A stretch of DNA of 64,000 bases from Rhina ancylostomus. Lineage: Eukaryota. Location of the stretch: contig JARFYF010000084.1 of assembly GCA_030265395.1 (NCBI GenBank), positions 80,552,864-80,616,863 of the forward strand, written 5' to 3'. The notes below the pieces were generated by a model. That model searched no databases, was not told the DNA's origin, and saw nothing but the letters and a program-made list of their open reading frames with translations. The position numbers and the translations under genes are program-made. Shown piece after piece: positions 55,314 through 64,000 of the stretch. Position 1 is the stretch's first letter; each line of letters opens with the position of its first letter.

Positions 55314-55358
55314 TTCAGTTTTCTAATTTTCTGCAACCGTTCTCCANNNNNNNNNNAG
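55314..55358 (-). CDS. ELMO1: Candidate ELMO1 micro-exon (exon 7 equivalent), interrupted by an N gap; tentative
   Basis: Acceptor-like ctaactaacttttacag|CT, then 10 N, then T GGA GAA CGG TTG CAG AAA ATT AGA AAA CTG AA|gtgtac (GERLQKIRKL). Resembles human RYQKLQKIMKPC and has the required phase-2 end. The donor is weak; a stronger out-of-frame gtgagt lies 23 nt further on. Confidence 0.35.
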
Positions 55359-58115
55359 CTGTAAAAGTTAGTTAGCTAATGAGCTAATAGCCCATGCTTA
55401 TTCCTCCATGCTCATTAAACCACCAGCAGGAAATACTGCCCAGTCCAAACACCAGACTTCATCTGGCAAAAAAAGGAAGTTAGTCTCCCCTGTTTTATTG
55501 TTAATTCTCTTTCTCAGCAGAACGTAATCACAAAGATGTCATATCAAATCATGTAGCCTTATTTCCTCTGTGCTTGGATAAAATCCTTTAACTTGAAAAC
55601 TTGAGTAGAACAACTGCTGCACATCGGGCTAGAAGTGAGCACACTGCTACCCGAGTGAGACAGAAGAACAGATGAACCAAGGGCAGGCAATAAATTAACA
55701 GCCTCTGTGACAGCAAAGCCCACAGTGATGAAGTGTTGCGTGCTGGCCTCTCTGAATGATAGCAGCAAGTTCCTCTTCACCCAGACCCTACAAAGCTTAA
55801 AATAAACCAGCTTTGTTTCACTGAACTGGCAAAAATTTATCTCTGCCACAAATCTAATTCAAATAGTTGTACTTCTCACCCCTACAGTTACTACCATCCC
55901 CAAAAGTCAACAAGTACAGATATTATTCTCGATAGTCACTTCCATTATTTCTCTTCTCTCCCATTATAATTACTGATCATGTCCTCAATACCTACTCCCA
56001 GTCCTGAAACTGTGCTTGAGCTGAGAGGTTAAAGAAAAATTGATTAGAGAACATATTAATAGCTTGGCGTATTTAAAAAGAGGCAATCAGCAATCACCTG
56101 CTTAACTATGAAGTAAAATGAAAGAAGGAAATCCACTACTAAATGGGCATATTCAAAAGTCTAAACCCTCAGTGTACTATCACTACTCCTTCACAAACAA
56201 GTACCCAATGCCTTCTAAAGACATAGGCAACAGGACTGAATAAATATCAAGATCCTCCAACATTCTGCCTCCTGGTGGTGCACAGATTAGCCTTGATTAC
56301 TCTGGTGAATGACTTCCAAATGTCACATGATCTCACACAAAACAGACAGAAGCTTGACACTAAATGCCAAGGAGGGAAGATCCACACTGCTTGAGCTGAC
56401 AGACAGGCGCACTCTTGCAGCCCTGAGTACACATCATTAACAATAGACAGGATTTTCTCTCCCCAGTGTTGATAGCATTTAAGGATTCCATTGGCACTTG
56501 CTTAACTTGGTGCCAACATGCATGTGCAGAAGTGAAGGGGCACTTTAAAACTCTGCCCCACAAACTGGTATTATTCACTCCCTGATCTACCTTAGCAGCT
56601 AAACGGTGAGTGGGATATTAGGGTCGCCCTTTCAGGAGAGATTTGCACATTGCATTTAGTCACTGTAAAAAGGCATGCCCCTGTTGCTGAGAAACTGCCT
56701 GCAGCATTCCATTAACAGCACACAAACAGAAGAGCGGGACCAGCTGGCAGCACAAATGAGGGCACTTCTGGACAAAATGACTCATGTTATACTCTACAAA
56801 AAAAATTACATGAATCACAAAGGACTTTTGCTGTTGTGTAGTGTAGTTCTGTTCAGTAGAGGTTGTGGCCTATGCTGAAATATGTGGGCTCACCATCCAT
56901 GAACTTGCTAGCAGTTCCATTCTAATTTATTTTATGACAAGCAGAGGCATCAAGGAACCACACGGAGGAAGCTGCCAGCCTAACACCTGTAACAGTGACA
57001 CTGTGAGGGGCTGGAGACCGCTCTGACACCCAGAGAGCTGGTGGATGTGTTGCATACAGAATCTTAGTTAGTTGAAACTAACTTCCACAAACTGGGTTGG
57101 AAGTTCTCAGAATCATCAATTCTATGATTTCACAAGGCACCAGAGGCTGCCATTCAATCTGTTGCCTCCGTGCTGGCTCCTTGTGGAGCAATCCCATCAG
57201 TCCCAACACCTTCCTCTTTCTCTGCAGCACTGAAGTCATCCCCTCTTGACTGCCTATTTAATTCAGGACACCAGACTACACTTTTGGCCTCCACGTCAAG
57301 TCCTGCTGTGCAGCACAGTGGCAAATTAACTGTCACCTATTAATTCCTGGATTCAGAAGGTCCAGAATTCAGTAGGAATGGCTGAATGGCAGTAGTTCCC
57401 CTTGGAACTGCTGGCTACAGTCAGGAAGATTCAGCTCACTGTCTTTTTACAGACTGATTAGAATCTGACAGGTGGCATGGGACTACGAATTTATCAGTGT
57501 GCAACCAGTGTCAGGCTGCTCAAGGAGACTTTAGGAAAACTGGAAAAAAAAAACTCTGTAGCAAATCTGCTGATTCTTGGGAAAACATCAGACCTTCCCA
57601 ACGGGTTGGTGGTTATGCTTCAGGTCCAATAATTCAGACAGCACATGTTTCAGTTGCATCACCAGGAGTTTAAGAACTTGAATTTCTTCCGGAAAATTAG
57701 TTAGTCTTCAACCAGTTCAGGGATGGAGGAAGGAAAGGTGCTGTCCTAACCTGGTCTGACTTGATGATGATTCACCATCATGCCTGACTCTAAACTGCCC
57801 TCTGAAATGCCTACACTGCTGCACCATGGAATGCTCACCTTGTCATTGACACTCACATCCCACAAATTAATTGAAAAAAATGTTTTTTCAAACTGCAAAA
57901 TTGAAATCCGAGTGCATGGATTTTTCAGGTGATTTAATTACTTTATTCACATTGCAATACATACGTTACAACTTCTTCCTCTGTCCCCACCCCAACATCG
58001 GCATCCTAATCATTAACACTTTGTGCCATTCATTATCCACTGAACCTCATTCTTCCCATCCAGCTATTTACTTTAACTAGACCTCAAGGCTACACTGAGA
58101 TGTATAGATACTTAC

Positions 58116-58285
58116 TCAGATCCACTTTCCACCATCTGAGTTAGGAGGGAGATGCCGTCAAGGTTAATGAACTCCTGGGCAAAGGTGATGTCACGGGAAT
58201 GACTAGCCAAGTCTTTCAGTGCTTCCAACTTGGCATCCATGCTGGAAGACTGGATTCTTTCATGGAGTGCCTGTGCAGTTTGTGT
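58116..58285 (-). CDS. ELMO1: ELMO1-type coding exon (exon 6 equivalent), 170 nt
   Basis: cttttctag|ACA CAA ACT...GGA TCT GA|gtaagt, reading TQTAQALHERIQSSSMDAKLEALKDLASHSRDITFAQEFINLDGISLLTQMVESGS; ends in phase 2. Confidence 0.96.
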
Positions 58286-58739
58286 CTAGAAAAGTAATAT
58301 GGAGACAAGAACAAAAAGAAACATGGCAGAAAGTGTACTCAAGACAAAATCCTTCTTAGTTCCTGCTCCCTCTCAAATAAACTTGATCCAAAACCGAGCA
58401 CAGTTCCATGGAAAGCAGAAGCCTCCAAGTACATAAATCAACCAGACATTTTTCATAGAGGAAGGGTTGATCCACACAGAAAGGATCTGCAGATTATTCA
58501 TCATTACAGCCAAGTTCAATGCAGCCTTCAACAATTGGGTAACATGTATTAGGAACCGTATTTAATATTCTCCACACCAGCTGGAATGGTCACTAATGGA
58601 AATCTCAGAGGAAACAGCATTTAAAAAGAATTAATATGGGGACAATGCAAAACGGCCCATGTAGTACTTCCCAGCACCCAGTGCGAGCTGGGTTCAGCAT
58701 GTAGAAAGCTCACTAGGACCACCTGAGACTGGAACAGAA

Positions 58740-58960
58740 ACTCCAGGCTAATATGCCAGGTGTAGTGCTGAGGGGATGCTGCCCTGTCACATACTGCCTT
58801 TCCTTTGCAACATTAAAGCAACATTTTACCTGGCCTCTCAGGTCAACATAAAAGACCTCATGGCATTATTTTTATACAGATGGTGGGGGAGCGCTCTCCC
58901 TGTGCCCTGGTAATGCATTTCTCAATAAATATTTCTAAAACATTACTGCTTCTATAAGTT
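58740..58960 (+). mobile_element. Deu-SINE fragment
   Basis: gtagtgctgaggggatgctgccctgtc...cctctcaggtcaacataaaagacctcatggcattattt. Confidence 0.6.
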
Positions 58961-59289
58961 GGTTGTATTTCTTTATACAGCAAGTGCCAAATGCTGTAAA
59001 TAGACTGACCCTCAAAGATAATCTGAGGGCTGCTGCTTCGGTGGAAGATTATGGTCCGTATTCATTCTCAAGGGAGAAGTCTGACCTTCCCATGCTTAAA
59101 CATTTTCTCCCTCCCCTCAACAGGTGGGAGATTCAAAATGAATCATTTGTTTTTAAAAAGGTCTGTGTCACACAGTTTTAAAACTCCTGCCCGTCTACAC
59201 TCAAAGTTCTTCTTTCTCACTGTCAGATAAAGCATGACTTGAATTCACAGAATGCCTTCTGTGGCCTCTATATGACCATAATGCTATGC

Positions 59290-59620
59290 ACCAATGAACT
59301 GCTTTTACACAAGTGTCACTCTTGTATCAGTCATTACCACATTGCTGCTTGTGTAAGCTAGCAGCCAATTTATGCACTGCACAATTACACAAATAGCAAT
59401 GTGAAAACGACCAAGTTCATTCTATTTTAGTAATGATGGTTGAGGCATAAATACTAAACAGAATGTTGGGAGATAACAAATGCTTTTTTGCTAAGTAACA
59501 ATGTGCAGCCTCTTGAGGGGGTAGTAAAGGCAGCAGTTCCTACAGTGCAGTATTCCCTCAATCTAGCACAGCGATGTCAACCTGGATGATATGCTCTAAT
59601 CTCTGGAGTAGGACTTGACC
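59290..59620 (-). mobile_element. Deu-SINE fragment, opposite orientation to 58740-58960
   Basis: gcagccaatttatgcac...acagtgcagtattccctca...tgtcaacctgga...tctctggagtaggacttga. Confidence 0.6.
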
Positions 59621-59823
59621 TAGGGGCTGAATCACTCATGTACCTTTAATGAAAGGAACAAACAGCCTTCAGCACCAGTTCAGCTGTTGCAAATGGTTTT
59701 TTTTGAAGGTTGTCAGCCAAGTTATTGCAATACAAAAAAGGCATATACCACTTGATATAAAAATTGATTTAAAATAAACAACTGGAATCATAAAGAAATG
59801 TGAACATAACATAAACTACTTAC

Positions 59824-59874
59824 TGGTGACGATGCCAATCGAAGGATTGCACCATTTTTTATTTCATTACGGTT
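59824..59874 (-). CDS. ELMO1: ELMO1-type coding exon (exon 5 equivalent), 51 nt
   Basis: ttctccttcag|AAC CGT AAT...TCA CCA|gtaagt, reading NRNEIKNGAILRLASSP; phase 0/0. Confidence 0.95.
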
Positions 59875-60199
59875 CTGAAGGAGAATAAAAATCCAACCAG
59901 TTACATCGTGAAAGTTTATTTTACATCAATTACCTCACTCATCAATTATTATTTATTGTTTTTTTCCCTGCCTTCAGTGGTAGTGATCACCAGTGTATGA
60001 TGTTTTCTCGATCACAATTCAATAGGATCAGTAACCTAAACAAGTCTAGAGATCCCAGAATTGAATCCCAGGAATGATTCTATGTATAACACATCAACAT
60101 GTTGCTAATACATGGTACGTAGCAGTGTAGGTCATAAGAAACTACTTTTATCCAAAAGTTTCTCCACATCTCTTCACTCTGGGCTGGGGGTGGGCAGGC

Positions 60200-60935
60200 A
60201 GTGGAGCAAGAGTGCACAGGGCCCCACCTTATCTCTACATTTGTATATTGCCTAATTAAGAAAGATTTATTGCCACGATTACTCAACAAGTTCCTCAATC
60301 TCCAATCCTCCCTTCCTCATCCTGTTTATCCCCATTTCAGGACTGCATTTGCAACTGGCATGCACTGCAATCTACAGTTCCCTGCTATGTTAACTATACT
60401 TCCTCACACCCTGTTTTCTGCCAAGACTCCATTTCATTCCCCTAGCTGTTCTTATCATTCCACCTTCCAAACCAGTGCTTTCAATGTTGACTCCTTTATT
60501 TTTCCCTCACCTGTGATTTCCACTCCTATGCAGCTGACTAGGCTCCCAACTGCATGTGTGCCATTTCCTGCAGTGCTGATCACATTCCTTCTCCTCCCAA
60601 CCAGAAAATAGATAGGACTCCTCTCACCCTCACGCTCTACCCCACCAGTCCCTTTATTTAATGGATTATCCTCCCTAATTTCTGATACCTCCAGGCACAT
60701 CTTCCTCTCCCTTTTCAGCATTCCAAAGAGACTTCTCTGTCTGCAACTTCGCTCTTCTATCTCTGTTAATACCAATTCCCTTTCCCAGAGCACAGTCCCA
60801 TGCAACAGCAGGAGATGAAATATCTGCCCTTCACCTCCACCCTTCCCATTGCCCAGGCTCAAAACACATTTTTCTCGTGAAGCAGCAATTCATTTGTATC
60901 TCTTCCGATTTAATGTACTGCAATGACTGCTCATT
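60200..60935 (+). mobile_element. Penelope-like retroelement relic (RT-to-GIY-YIG linker and start of the endonuclease)
   Basis: Across frames: PLTLTLYPTS, HIFLS, SAFQRDFS, TVPCNSRR*NICP (Cys knuckle), VKQQFICISSDLMYCNDCS (FTCTS.NLVYCIRC-like). Confidence 0.75.
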
Positions 60936-61571
60936 AAGCTCTAAAGAATCAAAAAAATACATCAATTTGTGTATCAATGACATCAAACTGTACAAATTAA
61001 TAAAATATCTCAGGCAGCATGTTATGGCAGGTATCCTTTACAAACTTTGTTCATCCCCTCATATACCTTTGTTCAGTGTCCATTTGTTTGTTGAAGGTTT
61101 CTGTAGGAGAATTAGTTTATGGGCATGAGAGAGAACAAGTTAGTGGGAAATAAGTGAGGAAATGGGATTGAGGGAATTGTTCTGAAATCTGGCCAAATTA
61201 CCCCCTGCTCTGTCGTAAGAAAACATTCAAAAATAATACATAATGTAAGTTGCTGTCATTGGTGAAAAGGTGAGATGTGAATGTGCAGACAAGTTAGTTA
61301 TGAACTTCATGAGCAAGGTCAGAAGGGTAATTATTTATCTGAAAATGCTCATAAAATAGCAGACTTAACTCAAAGATAATTGCTAATAAATGCATGAGAG
61401 AGCCAGGGAAAAATGCTTCATCCACAGTGGGCTGAAAATGCAGTTGCTACACATGGACTAGTTGAGATGCAATGGCTCAGAAAAACTAAACAAAATACAA
61501 GCAGAATAGAACAGAAGAACAGTATACTCTCAGGCATGGCGTGAGGTACAACACTAGCATTGACCATTCTA

Positions 61572-61850
61572 CAAAATTAGGAGGTGGTTGTTTAAAACTG
61601 AGGTGCATAGGAACTTCTCAAAGGAGGAGAAGGGTCTTTGGAATTCTCTACTCCAAAAGGTTGCAGGGGTTGGATCACTAGAGGTATTTACAGAGGAAGT
61701 AAATATATATTTGAGAGAGCAGAGAATTAAGGACTATGTGAACTGGTACAGAAGAGAGAGAACTAGAGCAGATCGGCCAAGATCATACCGAACAGCAAGG
61801 CAAGTTTGAGGGACCGAGTGGCCTACGCCTCTATCTGCTCGTATTTCCTT
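61572..61850 (+). mobile_element. CR1 LINE 3' fragment
   Basis: ORF 61588..61809 FKTEVHRNF...LWNSLLQKV...SLEVF.EEVN.YL; tail gagtggcctacgcct. Confidence 0.75.
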
Positions 61851-63770
61851 TTCTAATTTATAATTTTATGTAACTCAGTGTTACTGAAGGATAAAGAATG
61901 AAACATCAATAGAAGAATCTACTTGGAATACCAACCAGAATGAGTTTGGTCTTAAATCTTATATTCTTCATTATTCTACAATATAACTTTTTATCCAAAT
62001 AATTATTTCTCCAGTCTTCTTCACTACCAGAGATTTTTATCTTCATCTCTTGTAGTATCCATTTCACCACTTGAGGGCAGCCTTCAATCAGCCTAAACCT
62101 CTGCGAACAAACACCCGGAGGCTTTTCAACAGATAACCAAAGCCAACCCTAATCAGTTTCTCAGTGCATTATTGGACAAACCCCTGATGGAATGAAATGT
62201 CCCAGGCTGTTGCACAGCAGAGGAACAGAAGCATAGGCACCACAAGGTGAGCTGTCAAGGGTAATAGTAGAGAACGAGGGCAGGACAGAGGGGAAGAAGC
62301 GTGCACGGCCAGGAGATCAGAGGAGAAAGAGTGAGTGCAGCCAGAAGCAGCTGGCCTGATCGGAAATGCTGGGAAATGCACACTTAGTTGCTCCTTGCAC
62401 CTGTTATCTGAAATGCTGTGCAACGTGGAGGCTGTGTTGCAGGACAAGGGGTTGGCCATTCACACCTGACATGAGAGAACTAGAAATGTTATTACTCGGG
62501 AGGATAATGTATACAATGATGGAACATCCAAATCCCTCTATCCCAGAGAATGCTTGGTCTTTGCATGTATTCAAACAGCGTTTGATAATTTTTTGGAGAC
62601 TGAATGCAGTGAGAAATGTAGACCATAGACTTGAGGTAAAAGATTACCACGGTTTCACTGCCTTATACTTAATGATGCATGAAGACCAGCTAGATCACCC
62701 ATCAGTTCAGTGCATGCTTATCCACATTGTCACCTGATCCATCAATGCCTTGATATTAAAATTCTCTTGCACGTTTTCAAATCTAGTAGCTCAAAGACCT
62801 GTAACTGTGCCCCCTTTGCACATCTCATTCCACAGGGCCCACCATTGGCAGCCATGTCTTTGGCACCCATATCCTGGAACTTTCTCCCTAAACTGCTCCC
62901 TCCCTTTTCACTCCTTTGGGACACTCTGCAAAGGACAGGATTTGACAAATTTCCCATATCTCTCTTCTGGCTCGGTGTCAAATTCTGTTTGATAACCCTC
63001 CTGTGAAGCCCTTTGGAATAATTCACTATATCAAGGTGCTACATTAATATTGACTATACAGGAAATAGAGGGATAGGAACAAGTCCTAGCCAATCTGTAA
63101 CACCAAAGTATCTTTGGGAGCAGCAAGGATATGTCAGTGAAATTGAGGAGCAAAATGTGCAATAGTCGCTGCAAGTCATCAAGGCAGCTATAGAACATTG
63201 TGTTTTTATAGACAGGGCCAGATAGTGACACTCTGTCACTGTTACTGCGTCTGTCAACACTGAACAGTGCATTTAATATTCCTGCTCTTACTCCTTCATT
63301 GTTCCCATGAATAGTGTGAAGTCACATCCAGATCAAGAGTAAAGTCATATCCAGATCTCTGCCAATCTGTTGCTAGGTGTGCTCAGACACTGATCTTATA
63401 TAGTAAGCACATTACAAACGCTATTAGAAACCTCAAATTCTGCTTCCACTCAACCCATGTTGCATGGCCCTATCTGTACTATATCAACAGCATTCTCAAA
63501 ATCTGTATTGTGCCCTTACAAACACACATATATACAACACTCGTCTTTCCATCTGTCGTCATCCCCTCCATCTCCCTCCCTTATGTGTGCTGCTTGTTGA
63601 GCCCCCACACCCTCTGCACTTGTTGCACAGTTGCACAAAATAACAGTACTGGAAATGATACACAACCTCATTTCAACCCTGTCCATCTATTCTTTCAATT
63701 CTAATGGTGATTAAAAATCTTTTGATCGCAATCCACACAGACAGAGGGAGCATTAAATGTGTAATCTTGC

Positions 63771-63843
63771 CTTTTCAGTGATGTAGAAGTTAGTGCCGTC
63801 CGCATACTGCAGAGCATAGTTTTCAGGACTCGGTAGAGACCAG
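63771..63843 (-). CDS. ELMO1: ELMO1-type coding exon (human exon 4 equivalent), 73 nt
   Basis: Minus strand: ttttactttaag|C TGG TCT CTA...GAA AAG|gcaaga, reading WSLPSPENYALQYADGTNFYITEK. Matches the ELMO N-terminus (human ELMO1 WSLANHEYFALQHADSSNFYITEK, from memory). The donor is GC. Confidence 0.93.
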
Positions 63844-64000
63844 CTTAAAGTAAAAAGAAAAAAAAAAGTTAATTTCCCAAACTGTTACAGCAGCAGAAAA
63901 TCAAATGAATGTTACAATCACATGGCTTTTTCTCATTATGTATTGGCCTGACATTTATTGACTCCTCTCCGCTAGCTCCTTTTACCAGTTGTTGCCCTGC

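Noticed and set aside
1-64000. Prokaryote-style systems (CRISPR array, operon, retron, defence island) or an endogenous virus
   Set aside because: No regularly spaced repeats, dense ORF clusters, LTR pairs or viral motifs were seen. The RT motifs all belong to ordinary non-LTR or Penelope retroelements.

Overview
This is eukaryotic, AT-rich, repeat-dense genomic DNA. The HE1/V-SINE, CR1, Rex1 and Penelope repeat content points to a cartilaginous fish, probably a ray (inference). The whole window lies inside one minus-strand gene, an ELMO1-type engulfment and cell motility gene. I read ten coding exons with splice sites and consistent phases, running from WSLPSPENYALQY... to ...[11 protein letters not shown]; the first exons lie beyond 64000 and the last exons before position 1. 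Exon numbers follow my recollection of the human ELMO1 structure. Notable points: a GC-AG intron; a coding exon broken by an assembly gap; a candidate for the missing ELMO1-type micro-exon straddling another gap, with two competing donors; a decayed two-gene PIF/Harbinger transposon in the 24.5 kb intron; and Penelope-derived hairpins with relic hammerhead-like motifs. Most ORFs in the supplied track are noise or retroelement debris. I found no evidence for a genuinely new biological system. Repeat boundaries are approximate and all homology calls are from memory, not from searches.
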